The notes under the pieces are model-generated. The model was not told the origin of the DNA. It ran no database searches and worked only from the letters and a program-made list of their open reading frames with translations. A program made the translations under genes and the position numbers. A stretch of DNA of 63,210 bases, counting the filler, from Intoshia linei (lineage: Eukaryota; Animalia; Orthonectida): the NCBI GenBank assembly GCA_001642005.1. It is 6 parts of 6 records of this genome, joined end to end, with 100 filler letters (N's around TTAATTAATTAA, not from the genome) between each part and the next. Parts side by side here need not be neighbours in the genome. Positions count along the whole stretch, not along the records: positions 37,498 to 43,717 come from LWCA01001701.1; positions 43,818 to 58,038 come from LWCA01000973.1; 4 more parts are not named here. One strand, written 5' to 3'. Every line of letters begins with the position of its first letter. Position 1 is the first letter of the stretch. Shown in pieces: positions 38,704 to 52,200 of the stretch.

Positions 38704-40856
38704 TCAACAGTTCATTACATCTTTTAAAATTGATTCTTGATTAGTATTTTCTTCTTTGAGTGATTCAGATAAAATTGCAATAGAACTTTGGTTGGTATTC
38801 AAGATTCTAGCTTGTTTAATTGTGGGTTTTTTAATAGGTTTTTTAATTTGCTTGACAGGATTTAAATCAAAACTCAAAATTTTAGAGGTGGAAACGTTCT
38901 GTTTTGAAGTTTCATATTTTTGTAATAAACTAACGCCAGAGTTTAGTAATTTAAAATCTATACTATTTACATCAATTTCGAAATCTTTATTTACGAAAAT
39001 ATTTGAAAATCTGGTGTCATTAAGAAGTGAATGAGTAGATTTTATCTGTTTTCTGTCCCCCGATTGTAAAATCTGTTCACAGCGGTCTAACAGTCCGGTG
39101 TTGGTAGTACACACTTTTCCACTTAATGACTCTATGCAGCCTTGAACAATTTCATTCATTTGTACTGGTTCAGCTTCTCTTTTTGTTTTTTGGTATTTGG
39201 ATAGATTGAAAATTTCATATTTATCTTTAGCGCCACGATAAACTCCATTTTGAACGTAATATCCGTGCATGTACGCAGTCAGAGATGAAGTTCCAATTAA
39301 ATGCGCCAATCCTATACGAATTACTTCGTCACGTGTGATGAAAGTAAAATCATCATACAGATTCCCAGATTCACATTGAACCCCCGCAGAATCAAAATCA
39401 TCCGTTATTTTATCCAAGTATTTACACCATTTTGGAGCATGACCAATCTCACCAACAAAAAAAGGTACAATAGATGGGCTTTCGCCAGCAATAAACATTA
39501 ATCCACTATTTTCAACTACAGAGACATCGTTCACATCATATTCCAACTCGATCGCAGTAATTGCATTCCCGTTTTCAGAGTTCCATATTTTCAACACCCT
39601 GCTATCAAACGTATATAAAACTTTATCATTTTCGTTTAAAATATTTTCATCTAGAATGTTTGAATTACTAAGAATACCTTTAATAGGCACAGCATAATTA
39701 TGATCTTTAACCAATCGAGGCTTTTGTGATCTTATATCGTAAATAAAAACTTGTCCCGATTCTGTACCGACAGCTAAATCCAAATAATTTTTCAAAAAGG
39801 AACAAGACGTAATTTCACCACACTTTAAATTCGCCTGTCTCACGTCCATGTAAGAAATTGATTCATTTTTTGTTCTAATATCCCATGCATTTACAATTCC
39901 CACATCGTTTCCACCTATTATTAAACCATGTTGTTCATTTGTAGTAATAGTGTTTATGGCAGAAATTGGGTGCAACGATTCATCCGTGCATAGTAAAGGT
40001 TTGATAAATCTTCCCAAGTTACAATCAAAGCGTATGACTTCCGACGATGTTCCAGTCAACAAAAGTTGACCAGATAAAGCATATAAATCTACGTCCCTCG
40101 AAAAATGAGGTACTCGGATTCGGTGATACTTACCTTCTGAAGAATGAAATTCAACAAAACGGTTTTCTTGTAATAGCAAAAGTTTAGAATAGTCTTCACT
40201 CAATGGCAGCACTTTTAATACCTCATAATCAACGCATCTTTCAAATTTTAATGTCATTTCATTTAAATCGTAACATCGGATTCTTGGTTTATATGTACCT
40301 AAATTAACAGATTATACTTGATTTAAATTTTAAATATTTAAACTTTTTTTTTCATTTTTATATTGAAATCAATTTACAAAGTTAACATTTGGATCTCATT
40401 TTGAATAACCCAATAATTTCAAAACTTTGTTCACAGAAATACAACCAAATAAGAACAAATAAAGAAATAACAATGAACCCAGTATTCACAAATTTAGGTC
40501 CACTGACCATTACCAGTCTCAATCAAAAATTAAAAAAATGCAATATTGAACTATTAACGTTTTTTACTTTTTTTTAATGTTATTCATATTTAACTCTTAT
40601 ATAGTACGGTATTTTGATATATTATCATAATTTGTTCCAATATGAAAAAAATAAATTTACCTGATGCGATCATGTAATTTCCATCTGCAGTCATACACAC
40701 CGTTTTTGATACAGTGGGCATTTCTAAGTCTTGAATAATATTTATAACATTGTTTTGATCAACTGATTTATATTTCTTTTTTGAAGACCAATCCGGTTTA
40801 CTGAGCTCATTTGCCAAACAATAAATCTTTACATTATTAGGAGAAGTTAATTTCAT
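38704..40856 (-). CDS. NOL10: Nucleolar protein 10 (Enp2; WD40 + NUC153); exons 40661-40856, 38704-40298
   Basis: NNVKIY...IIQDLEMPTVS...SG|TYKPRIRCYDL...LKFERC, IGHAPKWC, YDDFTF, AYMHGY and DTRFSNIFVNKDFEID (NUC153). Confidence 0.95.
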
Positions 40857-41016
40857 TTTTAACCCAAAAAACGTGAAATATTATTTTATACGATATTACA
40901 TGAATATATTTTTCGAATAAATTAAACTTTATTTAATTAAATCTTAGAATTAATTTCATTGTGTTGAATCAAATTCATTCAACTAACCATTAAAAATAAA
41001 TTAATGAAGAAACTAG

Positions 41017-41575
41017 CTTGACTGTTATGTACTTCGTACAAACAGCAGCTAGTTCAGCCGAGGTCCAACTTTTTTAATTTTACCAAAAAAATCTCACTTA
41101 AAAATACTACTATTTACTATTACCGGACTGAATTCCAAGCTTGTTTCACCATGGACCAGACTTTTCACATCAAATTACATTTACAGTTAAAATAAATTAT
41201 AATATCACAAATGATAATAACAAGGTTATCTTTGTATTACTTCGTTGTTGTATTTTTAGAATACTTTTAGTGATTCTAAACTTTTTAAAAATGTAAAATT
41301 GCGTAGAAATGATAAAAACACCCAACGAATCAATTTATGAAATTTAACCAATATTTCTGTTTTGCAAATCTGTAGACTTTTATTTTTTAACATTTTTTTT
41401 TGAAGTTGTAAGACCAATAATTACATTTTAATTTTAAATTTAAAAATTTGAAAAATATTGACGAATAATTTATATATTAAAAAATTCTTTTTGACCGAGA
41501 AATAATAGATTATTGAGATTGAAATTTTGTATCTACATCAATTATAATAAGCTGTATTAGAATAAACCTTTTTTC
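41017..41575. repeat. Dispersed TE-derived repeat; inverted copy at about 36845-37110 and partial copies near 5580, 8475, 30790, 59295
   Basis: The motifs GTTTGTACGAAGTACATAAC and TACAGCTTATT...GATACAAAATTTCAA are shared, in the same order. Confidence 0.6.
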
Positions 41576-41584
41576 ATTATAGAA

Positions 41585-41970
41585 CAATACTTCCTAACCT
41601 GTAGGTATTTACCCACGAGTGGGTAATCGCGAAATTTGTTCTAAAAAATTTTTATTTTTTTTGTGTCGAATGCACAGTAACGTATACGTATGAAATATAA
41701 TTTTTCCCATTGAGTCCTCGACGGTCAAAAACACCATTTTCCCAATTATTTTACTATTTTTTAAAATTAGTTTTTTAAAACATTTTAATTAAATTTACTA
41801 TTAAAAAAATTTTCGCGATCCAAAAATTATCTATATATTCTAAACATCTTATCAATTCAAATAAATAAAAATATTAAAAAAGCATATTCAGTTTTATTTA
41901 TATTTTATTCTGTGTTCAAATTCTCACGACCCTAATGATAAATTTCGCGACCCCCGGTTGAAAACCACTG
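41585..41970. mobile_element. hAT-type MITE
   Basis: TTATAGAA|CAATACTTCCTAACCTG...CGGTTGAAAACCACTG|TTATAGAC (7/8 TSD), with TCGCGA subterminal motifs. Confidence 0.75.
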
Positions 41971-42834
41971 TTATAGACTCTATAAGGTATTTAAATGAAC
42001 AGTAACACATAAACAAAAATAATTTTATATAAGTTAGGTTACATAACATCCATTGCATATTTATAATAAGTATGTTTTCCAGGTGTAGTTTATGTGGAAT
42101 ACATTTTAGCTGAAAATTTGTATTCGTCATCATAGATAAGTAGTTTTGATAATGCGTATTTTTTCTGGTCACTTTAAATAATTCAATAATCCACTTGTTA
42201 CTATGGTTTGACATTGGAGGCAGTCTTTTATAATGTCAATAGATTAATGATTCGACTGGACCGTCAATGTTCCATTTTTTTTATCAGAAAGTATAATTCT
42301 TAGCAAATTTTGGTAATATTTTCTTTTGAGAATTTCAGCCTATTTGATATATGCCGTGAAAATATTATATAGAAGATTGTACCAAGTACAAACCAGTCAA
42401 ACCGTTATATATATATATATAATCACATAATATTAAAAGTTTTTTTGGTTTAAAATACATTACCTCTTTTTGTTCAATGCCTAGCGAATATGCTGTTCTA
42501 AACATATGAAATATAATCTGAACATGAGGGTGCCACATTTTTCCTCAGATTTGAAATTTTTAAGAACGTTTAGTTCCCAATATGTTAATTAAGGCGTCAA
42601 ATTTTTTAAAAATTTTTTAAAATTATTTTTTTCTTATAACATTATGCATGACGCTTAGCATAGGCTCGTATTCTTTCTCAAAATAAATAACAATGATGTG
42701 TTTGATTTTCGAATCCATCCACTGTTACTATAACATTTTTAATAGTTTATTTATCATGTTAAACGCTGACTAACGTAACTGACTAAACGTTAACTACTGA
42801 TTTAGAATGCTACACATCTCACCTTTTTGCTCTC

Positions 42835-42975
42835 AGAGCAGATATGCAAGTGCGATTTAAAGATGTTGAACAACTTATAATATCAAATTGGGTTATGAAT
42901 CCATTCAATATTGACATCAATATAATAGATTCAAAATATCTAGAGGATTTAATAAACCTTAAAAATGATGTAGAA
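42835..42975 (+). mobile_element. hAT Buster/Charlie transposase C-terminal fragment
   Basis: DMQVRFKDVEQLIISNWVMNPFNIDI...EDLINLKND (RF.D...WxxNPF...ELIxLxxD pattern). Confidence 0.6.
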
Positions 42976-42979
42976 GGGC

Positions 42980-43717
42980 AGTTGGTCAGGAAAATATATA
43001 TTGGGCCACGTTGTTAATAAAGACGGAATTAACATTGACCCAAATAAAGTTAAAGCTATAGGAAATATAGCAGCACCTACCACTCTTAAACGGTTACGTT
43101 CTTTTATAGGAATGTGTAGTTATTATAGACAATACATACAAAACTTTGCTGATATAGTTGGACCATTACATGACTTACTAAAGCGTAAATCGCAATTTAT
43201 TTGGACTAATGATTGTAATAAGGCTTTTATTAATTTAAAAAAGGCTTTAACTTCGGCACCAGTACTATCATTTCCAATAGTATATGTATCTTTCATTCTA
43301 GAAACGGATGCTTCTAATAAAGCAATGGGTGCCGTGTTGAAGCAGAATGGAAAAATAATAGAATGTGCAAGTAAAATTTTTACAAAAACGGAAAATGATT
43401 ATAGCATCGTTGAAAAAAAATTATTAGCCGTAGCATGGGGCATTCCAAAATTTAAATATTATCTTTATGGTACTACATTTACATTTATTACTGATCATCG
43501 ACCTCTAGTGTATATTAGAAACTCCAAAAGATTAAGTAAAAGGCAATTCAAATGGATTCAACAACTTGAAAATTACAATTTTGAAATAATATATAGAGAA
43601 GGAAACTTTAATTATACTGCAGATATACTGTCACGTTCCCAGTTTGATTCCGTTAACTCTATTAAATTTGTACCAGTTTCATTTGATGTACAGACATATC
43701 AATCCAATAATAATGAC
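42980..43717 (+). mobile_element. Ty3/Gypsy LTR-retrotransposon pol fragment (RT thumb/connection + RNase H), truncated by a gap
   Basis: LGHVV...DPNKV...LRSFIGMCSYYRQYIQNFA...LETDASN...YS..EK.LLAV.W...TDHRPL...ADILSR. Confidence 0.95.
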
Positions 43718-44192
43718 NNNNNNNNNNNNNNNNNNNNNNNNNNNNNNNNNNNNNNNNNNNNTTAATTAATTAANNNNNNNNNNNNNNNNNNNNNNNNNNN
43801 NNNNNNNNNNNNNNNNNCTACAATTTGATGAAATAATTAGGTATATTGACGATGCGGTTTTATATATACACACTTTTATTTGCCATATTCTCCTAATGTG
43901 AACATATGGAATGTGAAATAACTTCATAACTACAATTGGTAATTACCTAAAATTATATATGGTGAGAAATAGGCAAGTATGTATTAACTTCCCAAAAAAT
44001 TGGAAAAATTAGTCTGGGAGTATATGGGTTAATCCAATTGAATGTTGACTCACCAATACACCCTCGTCTATTTTTAATTCATTTACTGCGGCTAAAATAA
44101 TTTTTTCTATTTTAAATGATAGTTACACTTAAGCTTTTCATTTTTTATTTGTTTTTATCTAACTATAATATTTGATAATCCATTTCATTTAG

Positions 44193-47100
44193 ATTGATAA
44201 GAAAAAATTGAATTCCATAAAGGAAAGTATTGTTCAAGGATTTCAATGGGGAACACGTGAAGGGCCGTTGTGTGATGAACGTAATATTACACAATTTATA
44301 ATGTATATCCATATGTATGTTAGACCAGGAATTCTCAACGGTGGATGAATCGCCCCCATTGACCGATGTTCTAATTTAAGAGGGCGATTTTTTTATTTTA
44401 TTATACAAAATCATAAAAATATACTTAATCTAAAAATTTTTTTTAATACAATTAAAATTAATTAATAAATATTTTAACATTTATTTCATAGTCATTCATG
44501 CATATATGGACGTATAAAATTGTTTATGACGACATTGAATATTATGGATAATATTCAATAATTTGATTTTATCAAAATATTTATTGATTTTTTATACACG
44601 ATATTAAAAATTTTAATTGATTTATTAATTTTAAAGTACAATAGTAAAGTTTTTTATATTTTATTTAATTTTACAATTACATTAGTCTTTATTATGAGAT
44701 GAGTCTCGATAATTTGTATTCTTGGCTTGTTTTGGTCTATACTTTATTTTAATAATATTAATTATACATGAATTTCCAACAATATAGAAATGTATGTAAC
44801 AGACTTTCATTTTGGGTACACGTCTCTATTATATAGGTTGTGGTTATCGTCACCAAATTTTTAAAAAATAGGATTATTTTTTATATATTTCGTTCTTTAA
44901 ATTTTATATTTAAACTAATATTACCCTCTGAAAGATGTAATAGAGTATATAAATGGATATGGTTTTTTAATTAGTGCCACGTTATCGATACTATTGGTTC
45001 GAGCTTCGAATATATGGACTGAATTAATATGTTATAACAGGGTGGTCCAAACACACGGCGAGTCAGGGCTAAAATATAAATTTTACAAAGTTCGCCAGCC
45101 GCAACATTAAAAAATATAGTCCAAATGCAAGTAAAAGTAAAAAAATAAAAATTTCACAGATTAATCAGAAAATTACTACGAGTATCATGATATGAGTATT
45201 ACGCCAATTAAAAATATAATTAGTATTTTATAAAGTCATAATAGTACAATAGATCCCAAAATTAGAATTATTATCGTAAAGTACAAAAAATTAACAATGT
45301 GAGAATAATTAGTACAGAAAGACAGAATTATTTCTAAAAAATTTAATTAAGTTTATATATAAAGTGGTGATTATGATATTGCTGTAAGTCAATGTTTTTC
45401 AAAATATATTACTAACAACTTAACATAAGTATTATACTAAATATATATTAAATTAATAATACTAATATTAGTAAACAATTTCGCTGCCGCACAATTTGAT
45501 CTGGCGGGTCGCATGCGGCCCGCGGGACACGCTTTGGATCACTCTGTGTTACAGAGTAGCAGATATATTAAATAGCATGCGTAAGATTTTTATCTGAGTT
45601 TAATTTACATTTGCTTTTATAGTAATTTGACATGTCATTCATCTTGTTGAAGTCTTTTATGCTTTATATTTATTCATAAATATTTAAAAAATTGATTCAC
45701 CGTCTGGTTTATAACTAATTTATTTTGTGGATTAAAATAAATGTTTTCATTTTAATTTTATTTGCATCGCGGGTCACATTAATTTATATACCGATGTGTT
45801 TATTTATGATAATTAATAATAAATGTAAATCTAGATAGAAAAACTATATTTTTTCATGAGTTTCTACGTCAAACTATATTTAATAATTTTTGAGATTTTT
45901 TTTGTTTAATTCTTTGCTTGTAATTTTGGTAAAATCTGACCTCAGTTTTCTCATTTTCAATAAGCATTAAAAAATATACTTTTGAATATTAAATATTTTA
46001 TGGGATAAATTTAAACTTAAATTAAACCCAAAGGGGTGAAGAGGCAACAAACGAATATATGGCGTTACACATCATTTGGGAAAAATTTCGTGTCTATTTT
46101 TTGTTTTTAGGGTCCTTTTTAGTGGTCCCAAAGGTTTAGAAGTGCTAGTGCGTCCTAATAATTTACTAACGTAGTTAACCTATGAAACTCGATATATTAT
46201 ACATATTATGGGTAAATAAGTTAAATTATTAATACAAATTGATTTTTTAGCAAGTATGCTAAAGCATATATTACGTTAATTAAAATTAGCTGTAACTTTG
46301 TAATTATATTATATTAATTATAATATATTAATATTGTAATTTTATTCAATCTATTGATAGCTATTCGAAATGTTAAATTTAAATTGTTGGATGCTATGGT
46401 AGCTGAGGACCCCTTACACAGAGGCGGTGGACAAATAATTCCTACATCAAGACGAGTAGCTTATTCGGCATTCCTAATGGTTTTAAAGATGTTAATCAAA
46501 ATTAATAAATTTTAGGCTACACCCAGAATGATGGAACCTTATCTATTTGTTGAAATTCAATCACCTCCTGATTGTGTTTATTCAATATACAGTGTTATTG
46601 TCAAAAGAAGGTATTGATTATAATAATTATTATCGTAATAACAGTAAGATTGTATTTTTATAAAAATAGTGATGTCTACGGATATGAAAGTCATTGTTTT
46701 GACTAAAAATTAATAAAACTAATTTATTCTTAGTTAATACTTATTTTTAAAGGATATTAACTTACCAATTATAGTTAATTTAAAATTTATTAAATTTTGG
46801 TCTACTAACCAGACAGTTCTAGGATAATTGGAGCCCTCAACTCTACATTTACAATACATTATTATATTTATTTATAAATTAACACATTCCCTCTTACTAA
46901 CGTTTAAGAATAATAATACTCTAAATATATTATTCAATGAATTATATGAATACTGAGGTTCTCCAAATGTAATCCACGAAATAAATTTTTACTATTACAG
47001 TAGTAGAATTTGTTGATTTCGATAAGATATCAATATAATTCATGGTTGTTAATATCAATTTTTCCAATATATAAAAATGGTAAGTGGCTGTAATCCCCTC

Positions 47101-48263
47101 ACCCATTATATTAGAGACTGGTAAATTTCAAATCCCATATTACCAATAATTTTTGATCCATTTAACTATATTAATTGTGGTGATTTATTTTATTTTTATA
47201 TATTGTGGGTTTGTTATGAATGACCCTCTGAAACTTTACGACCTATTAAAACTTATATGGAACTCTGGTTTTTTGATAAATCAAAATTGAGAAATAATTT
47301 AGTTTTTTATATAGTTTTAGTGTAGTGAAATATAGAAATGGCTACCCGGTCACTTATTTGACTGAAATATAGATAATGTTTGATATACGACGTATTATTG
47401 TCACATTATGGGGAAAAACTTAGCTTAAGACGACGGGGAAAATGAAAATCCATGTTATAGATCAGGGGTCCTCACCCTTGATAATTTGTACAATTTTTAA
47501 TAGCCATGTTTTATAGCAAATTTATTTGTCAGAAATAGGGCCTTAATGCATGGTTAAAACCTAAAGAACCCTTTTTTAGATGAAGGCTTCTAGAATTATA
47601 AAATTCAGTATTAAAATAATTCTGTGGGTTGCTGGTTGTCGATCCAGTGTGTACAAACATGGATAACGTGTGGTGCGTTTGGCGTATAATCAATTGTAAA
47701 AATTACTCTAACTTGAGTTTACTTTAAACAGATTTTATTCATAGGTGTGAATAAAAAAATGGTATAGTATTCTCAATTTTGAAAATAATTTAGATTGAAA
47801 TAATTTCAAATTTAGAGGTCACGTAACACAGGATACGCCTAGTTCTGGATCTCCATTGTATATTATAAAAGCCTTTATACCTGCAATTGATTCATTTGGA
47901 TTTGAAACCGATTTACGCACCCATACACAAGGTCAGGCATTTTGTGTGTCAGTTTTTCACCATTGGCAGGTTTCGAAAATGTAATATTGATACTATTTTT
48001 GAATTAGATTGTACCTGGAGATCCATTGGACAAATCAATAATATTGAAACCTCTGGAAGCCCAACCTGCAGCTCATTTAGCTCGTGAATTCATGATAAAG
48101 ACTAGACGCAGAAAGGTATGACAATATATATTATTTTACATGTTTCCGGAAATAATTAATACATTAGGGTCTGAGCGAGGATGTAAGTATAAACAAATTC
48201 TTTGACGATCCAATGTTGCTGGAATTAGCGAAACAGGACGTGGAATTTTCATATAAATTTTAA
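44193..48263 (+). CDS. EFTUD2: U5 snRNP 116-kDa GTPase (Snu114), 3' part only; exons 44193-44280, 46361-46479, 46516-46610, 47816-47969, 48008-48115, 48168-48263
   Basis: [19 protein letters not shown]|[11 protein letters not shown]...[20 protein letters not shown]|ATPRMMEP...RR|GHVTQD...[17 protein letters not shown]...HHWQ|[11 protein letters not shown]...[13 protein letters not shown]|[17 protein letters not shown]. Confidence 0.97.
45038..45546. mobile_element. hAT MITE in EFTUD2 intron
   Basis: TGTTATAA|CAGGGTGGTCCAAA...GGCGGGTCGCATGCGGCCCGCGGGACACGCTTTGGATCACTCTG|TGTTACAG. Confidence 0.8.
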
Positions 48264-49288
48264 TTGTATAAATTGTCAAAATCTGCCACACAAAATAAAA
48301 TTTGATTAAACTAATTTCATTAAAAAATCAATACATTTGATTGAGTGTGTTTATGTGGACGTTATGCCGAAATAAAATCCATATTTCATTAAACGACATT
48401 GAAAATTTTAGACACTAATGGCTCAGCGGCAAGCAAGCTTTTAAACGGTTAATGGGGTTAATCCACGTCATTCGTATATCGTGTGGTAAATTATTTTGCA
48501 TGGAGAAGTGTTTGGTAATTTTGATATTTAGGATGTTGTATAAGGTCGATAATTTAATATAAAAACTGTTTGATGCAAAACCGTGATATGATTGACGTAA
48601 AATTATATTTTGTCGGCTGTCATTTTTGAACAGTTAAACAATTGATAAATGTCTCAAATGTTTTATAGTTATCGAGCACTATTTATAAAAGTTTGACAAT
48701 GGAATACATTCTAGAGTTAATTGTTGGTCACTGCTCACAAAAGATAAAAGAGTAGAGTAATATCTGATAATAGACTTGTAGATGATAATGCCACAATAAT
48801 TGTTTTGTAAAATCTAAACTAGAATGAATTTCATTTAACTTTAAAATTAAGAACATTAAAATACAAGTAATAGAACTAGCACTTGGAAATGTAAGTATTA
48901 ATTCTTGAGTATAATTATTTAACTAATATCACATGACATAATTAACACAGACAATTAAGTTTTGATAATGTAATGCAGTAGCAAAAAATATCAGAATATT
49001 AATTTATATACTACTGTTTTATCCTAGTTTCAGGATAGAGTACAATACAATGCATATTCCTCCAGTTGGGCGTAAATAATCTCATTACATTCCATCAAAA
49101 TATTTAACGAAAAAGATTTGTTGACTTGTTCGTTTTACGCATTACCGTGTCAAATTTTTAATCTAAGTATTTAATCCGCTATTTAAATTTATAAATTGAT
49201 TGCTACGCTGTAATAATATTATGTCCGATTTATGCAATTTATTGGATTTAATTACTTTTACTCATTTGCTTTTAGATCAATCGCTGAT

Positions 49289-52200
49289 ATGATCATGTTA
49301 TTTTTTATATTTACGCTTCTCTTTCCATTTTGTAGTACTCGTGGACCACCAAATAAAAGTAATTTTTTTTGAAATATTATAAAATTATCATTAGGATATA
49401 ATAACCAACCACCAAAATTCAGTAAATTCCCATCTGTTATCTACGTCTATGAAAATACTACATATGGTAATTTTTAAATACACTATTATTGTTAGCCATT
49501 TTCCAATTATTTAAATATCCAACAAAATGACAAATGTTAATGTATTAATTTATGACTTAAAAATACAAAATCCACCATTTCATCTAAAAATAAATTTTAC
49601 ATTTGATATATTTTGAATTGTGTTGTGTTTATATTTTTATTTGTTGAAGGTTACTGATACCATTTCTTTAAATTGGTTTTTTCTAAAATTTTCAATTTGT
49701 TTAAAAATCACAATATGGCGTCACCAATGTTCAGAGTTATTTATTTTTAAACCTTTGAGTTGAAACTAATCAAAAATAAAAGTGACAATAAATTTCAGTG
49801 GTAGACGTCGAAACATTTTTCCACGTATAAAATGGATGCATACATGTGTATGTTTGTTATTTGTAATATGTGTTGAAAAAATTATTTTTGTTAACAAATT
49901 TGTAAATTTTTTCAATCAACTATTTGTCATATAAAATTGAAATATCAATTCGAGAATTTTGAAAACCTTAAAATTTTACATAATAATCACAGTAATACTA
50001 AAAATTCACTATAAAATCCAAAAACATTGAAATCAAATTGTACGTTAACTACTAATACTATTGTTTGTGGCGCGGTCGAATGCTGGCTTATTATACGAAA
50101 CTGCATATATCATTGTTTATGAGTCGTGAATTTTTTCAATAAAGGGTTATCAGTTTGTCGAAATTATTAATAAATTTTAATTGTAAAGTTTTTTATAAGA
50201 TTAAAAACATTAATGAACTCGAAATATGATTAAAATGTCTTAAAAATATGTTTTATTAAATTATAATATATATTAAAATTAAATGAATATTTCATTTTTT
50301 CATTATTTTTTTTACTATAATTTGATAATAATGTTATAAATGTATAACTTATAATTGACCTTAAATTTTTAATTGTTTCCTGATATTTGGATGAAAATAT
50401 TATATAATTTATTTTGACAATATTCTCAATTTAACAGAAATTATAAAAACCTATAAAATATCAATACAATGTATCAACTTTTTTATAGGTTGTTTTCCAG
50501 AAAATTTATTTTTTTTTAATTTTAATAAACTGCATTTAATATTTAATAATGACATTTTTTAGTAATTTTTTTTACAGATTATAATTATAGAGATAGACTC
50601 TAGATCAGAGGTGGGTAAGCATTTACAGTTCGAAGGCCGCATCTTTTTAAATAAAATTTAATCAAATACAGCAGTGCTTCTTATGGAGTGATTGGTGACC
50701 CCAAGGGGTGAATGATACATTTTTAGCTTATTTTATTCAATTTAGTAAAATCTTACAAATTAAAAAGGTAAAAACCATTAAAATTACTAAATAAATCGTA
50801 TGTTTTATAAATTCAACCTTTTTTATATATTAGGAATTGCCATTTACCCAAATTTTTTTAAAAATGTTAAAAAACCGTTAGAATTACAAAACACTAATTT
50901 TTATCGTATTTTTATAAATTCAACCTTTTTTTATATTAGGAATCTTGTAATCGTATCGACAACTTGTAAAGACATCGATCTTGGTCCAGATCTTTAATAT
51001 TTAATGAGAAGGGAAGAATGAGAAAAATTCCTTTTTCTTAAAAAATTGTTCAAAATTATTTTTAACAAAATTACTAATCATCTCCAATAATACAACCTTT
51101 AGAAATTTAATTCAGCTTAGCTAAGCCTTAGCTCATAAACATATTGCATGCAATAATCTTTAATAAAGAATTTTTCCGTTGATCATCGATAGTTTAAAAA
51201 AGCTGAGTTATACTGGTCTATGTGGTAAAAAAGGTTGAGAAATACAAATTTGATTTAATCCAAAAAAATATTTAAAAACATGATTCACAATAATTCAATT
51301 TTAATTATCTAATTTGACAGCAATGAACTGGAATTATAACTTAATTTTATAAAAAAATTGTACAAGAAATCCCCGTAAAGTAACCAAATTCCGTGTATTC
51401 TTATACGGTTCATACCCGAATATATTATGATATATTTTTTTAATAATATATTTAGATGATTGGAACCCTACCGTACTGGAAAAAATAGAAATATCGACTG
51501 AAACATTCGATACATCTCAACCTTTTAACCTAAAAGTAATAAAAGGAAATGAAATAGTTAATGTTCGTAAATTTAACCCTAGAACATACAATATTATATT
51601 AAAATCCAAATTGGACAGAGAATTACAAGATGAATTTACAATAACATTTGAATTATCTTACCTAGAGCACAAACTAACTAGAAGTTCAATATTATTTGTA
51701 AAAGATTCAAACGATGAACACCCAAAATTTACAAACCTACCTGGAAGTGTAAAAGTAATGGAAAACACAAAAAACCAAAATATATTTAAAATTAAAGCAA
51801 TAGACAAAGATTTAGGTTTAAACTCTGTAGTAAAATATCGTTTAAACAATTTTAAAGATTTATTTGGTATAATGGAAGACGGATCAGTCTATTTAAAGCA
51901 AAGTTTGGATTACGAAACTTGTACAAAATATAATTTGAAAATAATTGCAAGTGATATCGGTGGTTTAGAAAGCGTTTCAAATTTAATTGTAAACGTGATT
52001 GATTCGAATGATGAAACGCCAATTTTTTTGGTTCAACCCTATGTTGTTAAAATTAAAGAGCATACCGAAATTGGTAAGAAAGTAGTGCAAATTCAAGCTA
52101 TAGATGGAGATACTGGTATTAACAATACTATTCATTATAAAATTGAAAATGATGAAAGTCAAAAGGTAAATACTGGTATATTTAAAATACACCCTGAAAA

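Noticed and set aside
38756-39501. Antisense/overlapping ORFs in NOL10 (likewise 51658-52246 and 54957-55139 in the cadherin, 47887-48087 in EFTUD2, 37560-37832)
   Set aside because: They are shadow ORFs of real coding exons with no domain signal.
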